DNA from: an uncultured Lachnospiraceae bacterium
GTDB taxonomy: Bacteria; Bacillota; Clostridia; Lachnospirales; Lachnospiraceae
Assembly: GCA_900313745.1 (NCBI GenBank)
Contig: OMSM01000035.1
Location: 1-42,279 of the forward strand
DNA: 42,279 bases
Direction: 5' to 3'
The notes under the pieces are model-generated. The model was not told where the DNA came from. It was given only the letters and a program-made list of their open reading frames with translations, and ran no database searches. The translations under genes and the position numbers were made by a program. This document shows positions 19,101 through 27,578 of this stretch, piece by piece. Position 1 is the first letter of the stretch. Every line of letters begins with the position of its first letter.

Positions 19101-19150
19101 AACAGCATTGCGGCGGCGCGAAGCTCGTGCGAAGCACGCAGCAACGCGTT
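19101..19150. repeat. Small palindromic element with two GCGAAGC motifs
   Basis: GCGAAGC at 19118 and 19129 (cgtgcgaagcacg hairpin) inside an outer imperfect stem. Confidence 0.5.
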
Positions 19151-19157
19151 TTATCTC

Positions 19158-20543
19158 TTAGAATTTCCGGCGAATACAGTTCCTTACGCCGTCCACATAG
19201 ATGTCGTGAGCCAGCTCCACCACCATGTGCATGTCCAGCACGTCGGTGCAGCGGTGTCCCAGAATCTCGATGTTGTCGAAGCGGATGTTCACGGGGCGGC
19301 TCTCGGTGTGGGAGAGCTCGTAGCCGCGGATTAAGGAGACCGGGAACGCGCCGTTTAAGACCCTGATGTTGCTGAAGTAAATGTCCTCGACCCTGCCCTT
19401 GCGGGTTTCCATCGTGTACTTGCAGTCCAGGACCTTGATGTCGAAGAGCTTCTGCTCCGCCTGCTCCACGCGGATGTTGTCGTAGTAAATATCATGAATG
19501 TACGCCGAGTCCGCCAGATGGATCGACATGCAGGCGCCGCCCATGTTGCCCTCGTACTCGCAGTGGACGATGTCACAGTCCTCAAAGTGCAGGTCCTTAA
19601 TCTCGAAGCAGCAAAGCCCGTAGCCGATCTCGATGCCGTTGCCCGGCTCCGCGTCCCAGATGACGCAGCGGCGCACCCATACGTCCTCGACGTTGCGCAC
19701 CGTGGACTTGTCGCCGATGAGCCCGTGGGCCTTGATGCAGACACAGTCGTCCGCCGCGCGGAAGAAGGAGTCCTCCACCACGACGTGCTGGCAGCTCGTG
19801 ATGTCGATGCCGTCGCCGGTCACCTCGCGGCTCATCACGTTCACGTCCCGCACCGTCACGAAATCGCAGGCCGCCGGCACCAGGTGCCAGCTGGGGCCGT
19901 CCACCGCCGTAAAGCCTTCCAGGGTCAGGTGGTTGCACCACGTGAAATACAGGAAGAAGCAGTGCGCGTTGCTCTCCGGCAGATGCCAGGGCGATCCGTT
20001 GATGATGCCGTTGCCGACGATGGTGATGTGGTCGGCGTGATCCGCCCGGACCTTGCCCAGGACGACCGCGCCCTCCTCCAGATAGACCACGTCGTTCTCG
20101 TGGAGCTCTAAAGTGCCGACGTTGTAGATGTGTCCCTTCTCGTAGACATGCGTGGCGTTTTCCGGCTTCGGATAGCGCTTCTGCAGGAAGAGGAAGAGGG
20201 GCGTCTGCTTGTCCCCGTCCAGCTCGACGGTCAGCTTCTGCCACTCGTACACGGTGAACGTGAGGACGTTCCCGTCGCGTGCCGGGACAATGCCGCGCAC
20301 CGAAGGGCGCACGACGACTTCGTCGAAAGGCTTTCCGACCGTGAGGCGCACCTCAATGCCCGCCGCGGGATCGTCCGCGACGACCGGCGCGTAGTCAAAG
20401 ACATCCGTGTGATAGACCGTCTCCGGACGGCCGTTCACTTCCAGCTGATAGATGGGCGACTTCTCCAGCTCGTCGACCGATCCGAGCGCGAAGAGCGGCT
20501 CGGGCACCGGCGCGGGATGGGGGTCGTAGATCATTTCTCTCAT
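19158..20543 (-). CDS. GH28-like right-handed beta-helix glycoside hydrolase (no signal peptide)
   Basis: VYLEEGAVV, ITIVGNGIING, TGDGIDI and AADDCVCIK motifs; GAGGT RBS before MREMI. Confidence 0.75.
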   Translation of the reverse strand: MREMIYDPHPAPVPEPLFALGSVDELEKSPIYQLEVNGRPETVYHTDVFDYAPVVADDPAAGIEVRLTVGKPFDEVVVRPSVRGIVPARDGNVLTFTVYEWQKLTVELDGDKQTPLFLFLQKRYPKPENATHVYEKGHIYNVGTLELHENDVVYLEEGAVVLGKVRADHADHITIVGNGIINGSPWHLPESNAHCFFLYFTWCNHLTLEGFTAVDGPSWHLVPAACDFVTVRDVNVMSREVTGDGIDITSCQHVVVEDSFFRAADDCVCIKAHGLIGDKSTVRNVEDVWVRRCVIWDAEPGNGIEIGYGLCCFEIKDLHFEDCDIVHCEYEGNMGGACMSIHLADSAYIHDIYYDNIRVEQAEQKLFDIKVLDCKYTMETRKGRVEDIYFSNIRVLNGAFPVSLIRGYELSHTESRPVNIRFDNIEILGHRCTDVLDMHMVVELAHDIYVDGVRNCIRRKF

Positions 20544-20862
20544 CAGATTACCTCGATCAGACGAAAACTCGTTTCCGCATGTCAGCACATTTTCAATTTT
20601 ACCCGACAAAAGCGGCGGATTCTGCAATCTCCTTGTGCAGAACTAACAAAATCCCGAAAAGCTTTCGCCGCTTTTCCGGGATTTCAGGTCGTAATTTTGT
20701 TATTTCTGCGCTGTTTTGTTATGCAAACTGCGCCTCCGCGCCTCGGAATTGTGCAATCTGCTATATGTGTACAATTCGTTCTGTTTTTCGCTCTAAAGGT
20801 CTTTTCCTCGCTTCATTCACGCCAGTTCGTACAACCTGAACAATTCAGCCGGCCGCGCCGGA

Positions 20863-22593
20863 TTACCCCTCTCTTCTTAACCGGCTGCGGAATTCATTCG
20901 GCGTGTACCCGGTATAGGACCGGAACATCTTGCTGAAGTACGAGAAATTGGTGAAGCCCACCGACAGCGCGATGCGGCTCACCGGGTCGTCCGTGGCGAC
21001 AAGATACTCCTTCGCCCGCTCCATGCGCCGGTCCGAGATGTAGGTCATGAGGGAGGTGCCGGTGATCCGGGAGAAGATCTTGGACATGTAGTCCTCGGAG
21101 AGATAGACGGTCGAGGCCAGCGTCTCCCGGGAGAGCTCCTCGGAGAGGTGCTCGTCGATGTAGAGCCGCAGCCGATTCACAATGGTGTCGTACTTGTTGT
21201 CCTGCTGTGTGAGGCCGAAAAGGCGGTCGAAGAGCCAGGAGAGGAAGGCCTCCATGGCCTGCATGGACCGCACCGCTTCTTTATAATAGACGTCCATCTC
21301 CGGCGGATCGAAGACCACGTTGACGGCCAGATCCTTGCGGTCGAAATAGTGATAGATGAGCTGCATGAGATCCCCGCGGAAAAGGCCAAGGTTCTCCGAG
21401 AGGAGATAGCCATCCTTCGAGAGAGTGTGCAGCGCCGATACGAGCTCCTGATGCACCGCCCTGATCTGGTCCGCCGACAGGATCCGGCTGCGCCATTCCG
21501 CCCAGGGGAAGACCGGGTAGGGCTGCATCCGTCTGTCCGCGCCGGATTCTATAATGTACGGCCTGTCCGCCGGAACGAAGGTCCCGGCCAGCCGCAGGAG
21601 GCGCTGCCGCAGGGCGGGCAGCTCGCCCTCGGTGCCCGCCGCGGAGACATAGAGGCAGACCGGGCAGCCCAGTGCCTCCGCAAGATGCGAAACCGCCGCT
21701 GAAACGACCCCCCCGTTTTGGTTGTCGGCCCATTCCGACACTTCGCTAAGCCGCAGGGCGATCCACTGATCCGTCCCCTCCGTCACCACGGCGAGGAGCT
21801 GCTCCGGACGGCCCTCGATAAGACCGGCAGCCACGTTCTGGGTCGCCAGTTTGGTGAGGGAAGGGTCGGGAAGCCGGGTGCCGGCGGGAACAAGGCGCAG
21901 CAGGATCAGCCGGGCCGGCGCCCCGGGCACATACGCCATGCCGGACAGATCCGCCGTTCCCTCCGCCGCTGCGTCTCCCGGTTCTGAATGGGCGGCGACG
22001 AACGCCGGTTCTGCGGCCGACGCGGATGCTGCGGCCGAAGACGGTGACGCCTCCGAAGACGGGTCTGCGGCCCCGGACAAAGACGGTGCCGCCTCCGAAG
22101 AGGGATCTGCGGCCCCGGACAAAGAGGGCGCTGCCTCCGCGCCGGGCCGCGCGTCACTGAAGAGAAGCGACTCCCAGAAGAGGGCCGGCGTCTCCGGCGT
22201 GTCCAGCGTGCTGCGGCGCTGCCGGACGGACTCGGCCGCGCGGGCAAGCTCCGCCTCCAGCACGCCGATGGCGATGGGCTTTAAGAGATAGTTGATGCTG
22301 CCCAGCGAGATCGCCATCTGGGCATAGGAGAACTGGGCATAGCTGCTGAGGAAGATGCACTCCGTGTCATACCCCCGCGCGCGCACCTCGGTTAAGAGCT
22401 CGAGCCCGCTGCCCTGGGGCATCTCGATGTCCGCCAGCAGGATGTCGACAGGCGCTTTCTCCATAATCTCCAGCGCCTGCAGCATCGAGTGCGCCGTGAG
22501 CACCGTATCGATGCCGATGGCGTCGAAGTGCACCGCCCGGGTCGTGCGCTCCACAAAGAGCACGTCGTCGTCCACAAAGAGAAGTGAAATCAT
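20863..22593 (-). CDS. YesN-like response regulator (receiver plus AraC HTH)
   Basis: FVDDD, LLADIEMPQGSG and YLLKP receiver motifs; IALSVGFTNFSYFSKMFR..TGYTPNEFR AraC motif. Confidence 0.93.
   Translation of the reverse strand: MISLLFVDDDVLFVERTTRAVHFDAIGIDTVLTAHSMLQALEIMEKAPVDILLADIEMPQGSGLELLTEVRARGYDTECIFLSSYAQFSYAQMAISLGSINYLLKPIAIGVLEAELARAAESVRQRRSTLDTPETPALFWESLLFSDARPGAEAAPSLSGAADPSSEAAPSLSGAADPSSEASPSSAAASASAAEPAFVAAHSEPGDAAAEGTADLSGMAYVPGAPARLILLRLVPAGTRLPDPSLTKLATQNVAAGLIEGRPEQLLAVVTEGTDQWIALRLSEVSEWADNQNGGVVSAAVSHLAEALGCPVCLYVSAAGTEGELPALRQRLLRLAGTFVPADRPYIIESGADRRMQPYPVFPWAEWRSRILSADQIRAVHQELVSALHTLSKDGYLLSENLGLFRGDLMQLIYHYFDRKDLAVNVVFDPPEMDVYYKEAVRSMQAMEAFLSWLFDRLFGLTQQDNKYDTIVNRLRLYIDEHLSEELSRETLASTVYLSEDYMSKIFSRITGTSLMTYISDRRMERAKEYLVATDDPVSRIALSVGFTNFSYFSKMFRSYTGYTPNEFRSRLRREG
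22039..22139. repeat. In-frame 42-bp tandem repeat (AAPSLSGAADPSSE)
   Basis: gcctccg recurs at 22049, 22091 and 22133; two near-identical 42-bp units. Confidence 0.85.
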
Positions 22594-23600
22594 GATTGTC
22601 CTTCCGCCCGGCCCGTCCCGGACGCCGGGAAGCCCGGCACTCCCGCTCCGGCCGCCTCCGCGTCCGAGGCGTCTTTCGCGGAGCCAGTGCCGTCCGGACG
22701 CGTCTCCTCAAACGGCAGTGAGATCTCCACGATGGCGCCGTACCCCTCCGCCATGTTGGAGAGCCGGACGTCCGCCCGGTCGCCGTAAAGGTTCTTCAGG
22801 CACCGGATCGTCGTGCTGATGCCGATGTGCTTCTCCCCGCCCACAAGGACCGGCTGCGCCTTTTCGGCGGACGCGAGCACCGCCGCCGGGAAGCCCGGCC
22901 CGGTGTCCGAGATCACCGCGTAGATCCGCCGCTCCCCGGCGATCGCTTCGGAGGTCACGTAGACGCTGATCTCCGTGGGGGACCCCGGCGTCACGGCATG
23001 CAGGACCGCGTTCTCGAAGAAGTTGTAGAAGATCAGCGGCGGGATGGGCGCGTCGTATAAGTCCTCGTCCGCCTGGATATCGATCCGCAGATTGGCTTCG
23101 CCGTAGCGCATGACCTGGATATCCGCGTAGTCGCGGATCATCCGCAGCTCCGACCGGACGGTGGTGCGCTCCGCCAGGGAGAGGACGGCGCGCATGTAGT
23201 CGGAGAGCTTCTCCGTTAAGGAGACCACCTCCGTCTCCCCGGCCTCGTCCGCGAACTGATGAATGAGATTTAAGCAGCTGATGTAGAAATGAGGCCGCAC
23301 CTGGAGCTGGAGGGATTCCACCTCCGTGCGCTGCCTTGAAAGCTCCTGCTCGTAGAGCGCGATCCGGGCCCCCTGAATACGGCGCAGCAGCCGGTGATAC
23401 TCCTCGTCCCTCGCCGTCAGCTCCAGCAGGCGGTTCTCGCCGTCGTCGTGCAGCCACATCGAGATGTCCTCCGACTCCAGCGCGTCCGCGAAGGCGCGCA
23501 TCGGCGCGAGCACCTCCCTGCGGTAGCGGCGCATAATGAGGATTTCCGCGGCGACGGAGAATACCAGCAGTATGAGGAGGACAAGGACGAGCCAAACCAT
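22590..23600 (-). CDS. YesM/LytS-type sensor histidine kinase with only one TM (N-terminal sensor part missing; start uncertain)
   Basis: LQLQVRPHF H-box, FFENAVLH N-box, ISDTGPGF G1, HIGI G2; stop overlaps the RR start (ATGA); no clear RBS. Confidence 0.8.
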   Translation of the reverse strand: MVWLVLVLLILLVFSVAAEILIMRRYRREVLAPMRAFADALESEDISMWLHDDGENRLLELTARDEEYHRLLRRIQGARIALYEQELSRQRTEVESLQLQVRPHFYISCLNLIHQFADEAGETEVVSLTEKLSDYMRAVLSLAERTTVRSELRMIRDYADIQVMRYGEANLRIDIQADEDLYDAPIPPLIFYNFFENAVLHAVTPGSPTEISVYVTSEAIAGERRIYAVISDTGPGFPAAVLASAEKAQPVLVGGEKHIGISTTIRCLKNLYGDRADVRLSNMAEGYGAIVEISLPFEETRPDGTGSAKDASDAEAAGAGVPGFPASGTGRAEGQS

Positions 23601-24161
23601 ACGATCGACCGGTGAGAGGGGTATTTCGACACACCAACTGTCCGCGCCGCAGGACGCTGACCCAATAATTATATTCCAAAACGCGCGGCTTGTCTTATGA
23701 AGAGAAGGACAATTCTGACCGGATTCCGACATGAATCCGGCTGTCATCCGGCCAAATTGCCGCCCGATTCCGGCGTTTTGTCCCGGGCCGGGGCGCCCAT
23801 GGAAAGGCGCGGTGAATTGTTTTGTGTTATTCGCTCTTTTTTTTGTTAGTCAAAGCGGCGGGCCGGCCCGTCCGCACCTGCCGCAATGAGCGCGTAAGTG
23901 ACAGCTTTCGACTGCCGGCGGATGGAAGACGGCGAAGGAAGAGACTATAGTTTTACCTGGGTATGTCCCGGGCATCGGAATCCGGGCATGCCGTACCGTG
24001 CGGCATCGTCTTCGGACCGCCGCGTTCACCCCTGTCAGCATGCACCACAGTCATTACCTGCGGCAGGTCTCTATCAGGATTTGCCGCGCACGGCGGTTCT
24101 CAGGCGCTCTCTGTCTCATGGCGGACCGCAGGGAAACGCCCCACTATTCACCGGAGGAGAC

Positions 24162-25523
24162 ATGAGTACAGATTACACCGAAGCCCTCGCCCACGTGAAC
24201 ACCGCGTCCCGCCCCTCGGATCTGCGCATCACCGACATGAAGATCGCAGACATCTCCGGCGCGCCCATGCACTGCATCATGTTAAAACTGGAGACAAACC
24301 AGGGCATCACCGGCTACGGCGAGGTGCGCGACTGGTCCTACAAGGACTACGCGCTGATGCTGAAGGCCAGGCTCCTGGGAGAGAACCCCTGCGAGATCGA
24401 CCGGATCTTCCGCAAGATAAGGCAGCTGGGCACCCACGCCCGCGGCGCCGGCGGCGTGAGTGCGGTGGAGATCGCCCTCTGGGACATCGCCGCCAAAGCC
24501 TACGGCGTGCCGATCTACCAGATGCTGGGCGGGAAGCACCGGGACAAGGTGCGCGTCTACTGCGACACCGACATCGACGGCAAACCGGACGGCAAGCGGA
24601 TGGGCGCAGCCCTGCAGGCCAGACTCGACGCCGGCTTCACCTTCTTAAAGATGGACTTAGGCATCGACCTTATCTACGACGTCCCCGGCGCGCTCTCCGC
24701 ACCGCTGGGTTTCGTGGAGCAGCTTAAATCCGTCCACGGCGTCGGCGGCTACGACGGCACCATCGAGGAGCGCTACGAGGCGCACCGCCGGGAGCGCTTA
24801 AACACCATCGAACACCCCTACACCGCGATCCAGATCACCGAGAAGGGTCTCGACTGGCTCGAGCAGTACTGCGCGGACGTGCGCTCGGTCATCGGCTATG
24901 AGGTCCCGCTGGCTATCGACCATCTGGGCCACATCGGCGTGAACGAGGCCATCAAGCTGGGCAGGCGGATCGAGAAGTTCAACATCGCCTGGATGGAGGA
25001 CGCGGTCCCGTGGATGTACACGGACCAGTACCGCCTGCTGCAGCAGTCAATTCAGATTCCGGTCTGCACCGGCGAGGACATCTACCTCCACGAGAATTTC
25101 AAGCCGCTCCTGGAATCCGGCGGCGTCCAGGTGATCCACCCGGATATCCTCACCGTCGGCGGTATCGGCGAGCTGAAGAAGACGGCGGATCTGGCTGACG
25201 AATACCACGTCGCCATGGCCGTCCACATGGCGGAGACCCCGATCGCCGCGCTGGCGGCGGCCCATGTCGGCATCGCCAGCGTCAACCTCCTGGCCCAGGA
25301 GTTCCACTCCTTCGACGTGCCGTGGTGGAACGACCTGGTGGAGGGCCCGGCGAAGCCCATCGTGGATCACGGCTTCATCACCCTCTCCGACGCACCGGGC
25401 TTAGGCATCGAGTCCTTAAACGACGAGGTCATCGCGGAGCACCTGCATCCGGCCGTCCCCGGCATCTGGGAATCCACCGACGCGTGGAACACCCGGTACG
25501 TGCACGACCGGATCTGGTCGTAG
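24162..25523 (+). CDS. Mandelate racemase/muconate lactonizing (enolase superfamily) enzyme, probable acid-sugar dehydratase
   Basis: GITGYGE, SAVEIALWDIAAK, KMD, metal ligands in IDH / WMED / TGED; GGAGG RBS before ATG 24162. Confidence 0.9.
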   Translation: MSTDYTEALAHVNTASRPSDLRITDMKIADISGAPMHCIMLKLETNQGITGYGEVRDWSYKDYALMLKARLLGENPCEIDRIFRKIRQLGTHARGAGGVSAVEIALWDIAAKAYGVPIYQMLGGKHRDKVRVYCDTDIDGKPDGKRMGAALQARLDAGFTFLKMDLGIDLIYDVPGALSAPLGFVEQLKSVHGVGGYDGTIEERYEAHRRERLNTIEHPYTAIQITEKGLDWLEQYCADVRSVIGYEVPLAIDHLGHIGVNEAIKLGRRIEKFNIAWMEDAVPWMYTDQYRLLQQSIQIPVCTGEDIYLHENFKPLLESGGVQVIHPDILTVGGIGELKKTADLADEYHVAMAVHMAETPIAALAAAHVGIASVNLLAQEFHSFDVPWWNDLVEGPAKPIVDHGFITLSDAPGLGIESLNDEVIAEHLHPAVPGIWESTDAWNTRYVHDRIWS

Positions 25524-25630
25524 GCGAAGCCGTTCCATAGGTTCCTGGCCAGCAATACTGACGGGCCGCAGATTGACGACAGCCGCCGCATCATGCGCTG
25601 AGGCATGCGGGCGGCAGATCGAGGCGTCAC

Positions 25631-27346
25631 ATGAACAACTCATTATCAGGTAAAGTTATTCTGATCACGGATAGCGGCACGCCCATCGGGCGCGCCGCGT
25701 CCTCGCTTCTCACATCCCGGGGAGCCATCGTTGCAGATGGCTCTCCGGAAAGCACCGATTACGCCGATCCGGACGCGGTCCGGGAGCTGCTTGAGCGCAT
25801 CGCCGCGAAGCACGGCGCGGTGGACGGGCTCTTCTACAACCTCGTGCCCGCGCCGGTCGTAAGGCCCGTCGCCGCGCTCACGGAGGAAGATCTGAACACC
25901 CTCATCGACCGGGACATCTCCGCCGCCTTCGTCACCGCGCAGACGTATGGGGAGTGGTGTCACGCCCGGGAGGACGCGGCCGGTCACGTGCGCAGCTTTA
26001 CCGGATCAGCCATGTGCTTCCTCGGCTCCATCCACGACGAGAAGCCGAACGGCGCCGCCCCGCTCTACAGCTTCTACATGGGCGCGCTGCAGAACATGGT
26101 CCGGGAATGCGCGCTGTACTACGGGCAGTGGGGCGTGCGGACGAACCTCCTCGAGGCGGGCGCCATGGGCGGCGAGGACGTGCTCTTTGAGAGCCCGGTG
26201 ACGAACTTCTACCAGGGCTACGCATACAAGATTCCGGACGGCCATGTCGGCACGCCGGAGGATATCGCGGAGATCGCCGCCTTCCTCCTCTCCGGCGCGA
26301 GCCGCTATGTGAACGGCATCGGCCTTCGCGCCGACGGGGCGCTCACGCTCCACTACATGGACGCTGCGGCCAACATCCGGGAATACCGGCGCAGAGAGGC
26401 GGAGGGCCTCCCGGAGGCGGAAACGAAGCCGCTCTCCTTCGCCAGCGTCATCGGCGATCCGGACCGCCGGCAGGCGGTGCTTCCCGGCGCGATGTACCTG
26501 CGCGGGAAGAACGTGCTCGTCACCGGCTCCGGCAAAGGCATCGGCAGCGACATCGTGCTTAGAGCCGCGGAGCAGGGCGCGAACGTCGTCGTTCACTACA
26601 ACAGCAGCGAGGCGAACGCAAGGCAGGTCTACGCCCGCGTACAGGCCGTCACCGAATCCACCGGGGCCCGGTGCACACTCATCCGCGGCGATCTCCTCTC
26701 CGACGGCGGTGCCGAGGCGCTGTTCAGAGCGGCAGAAGATTTCTTCGCCGGGCGGACCGGTACGGACGGGACCCCGGTGCCGGCCCCTGCCAGCGCCGCA
26801 GCTGAGGCGAACAGCCGCCCCGGCATCGACATCCTCGTCAACAACGCCGCGATGCAGCTGAACCTCCCGTTTGACCGCTACGACGTGACAAGGCTTCGCC
26901 GGATCCTGCGGGTGAACCTCAGAGGCTACACGATGATGAGCCGCCTGGCCCTGCCCCACATGTGCGCACAGAACTGGGGCCGCATCGTCAACATCTCCTC
27001 GGTGCACAGCAAGCGCCCCACCACCTTCGATCCCGGCTACGCGATGACCAAGGGCGGCATCCGCATGCTGACCCGCGAGCTGGCGCTGGAGATGGTGCCA
27101 TATGAAATCACGGTGAACGCCATCGAGCCGGGCGCGGTGGAGATCGGCGAGAAGTCGGGCAATCCGCCCAGCACCATCACGGCGAAGGAGCTCGCCTACC
27201 CGCCGCTCTTCGCCTACAAGCGGCTGGCCAACGGCCTCCTGGATCCCTCCGAGATCAGCGCTGCGGTGCTCTTCTTCATCTCCGACGCCGCCGCGCGGAT
27301 CAATGGTTCCTGTTTACGAATTGATAACGGATCGATGTTGAAATAA
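25631..27346 (+). CDS. Tandem two-domain SDR oxidoreductase
   Basis: C-terminal domain has VTGSGKGIG, LVNNAA, NISS, YAMTK and VNAIEPG; N-terminal domain is SDR-like but degenerate. Confidence 0.88.
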   Translation: MNNSLSGKVILITDSGTPIGRAASSLLTSRGAIVADGSPESTDYADPDAVRELLERIAAKHGAVDGLFYNLVPAPVVRPVAALTEEDLNTLIDRDISAAFVTAQTYGEWCHAREDAAGHVRSFTGSAMCFLGSIHDEKPNGAAPLYSFYMGALQNMVRECALYYGQWGVRTNLLEAGAMGGEDVLFESPVTNFYQGYAYKIPDGHVGTPEDIAEIAAFLLSGASRYVNGIGLRADGALTLHYMDAAANIREYRRREAEGLPEAETKPLSFASVIGDPDRRQAVLPGAMYLRGKNVLVTGSGKGIGSDIVLRAAEQGANVVVHYNSSEANARQVYARVQAVTESTGARCTLIRGDLLSDGGAEALFRAAEDFFAGRTGTDGTPVPAPASAAAEANSRPGIDILVNNAAMQLNLPFDRYDVTRLRRILRVNLRGYTMMSRLALPHMCAQNWGRIVNISSVHSKRPTTFDPGYAMTKGGIRMLTRELALEMVPYEITVNAIEPGAVEIGEKSGNPPSTITAKELAYPPLFAYKRLANGLLDPSEISAAVLFFISDAAARINGSCLRIDNGSMLK

Positions 27347-27358
27347 TCGTGTGCCGTC

Positions 27359-27533
27359 TCACAGACGGTCTGCGCGCAAAAGCAATTGTGCGCACTTGAG
27401 CGAAAACAATTGCTTCTGCGTGCAGAGCAGGCCTGCGAAGCAGGTACCTTGCCTCAATGAGTAAAACGCAACGATGCGAAGCATCGTCACCGGCGAAGCC
27501 GGTGGTTTTACGAATGGATGTAAGGTCCTGTGA
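27359..27533. mobile_element. Putative MITE/REP-like palindromic element
   Basis: 6-bp terminal inverted repeats TCACAG/CTGTGA flanked by direct repeats GCCGTC (27353-27358, 27534-27539); 21-bp internal IR and three GCGAAGC hairpins. Confidence 0.5.
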
Positions 27534-27578
27534 GCCGTCACATTTCAGGAAAGCAGAAGAAAGAAGAAAGGAGAACCC

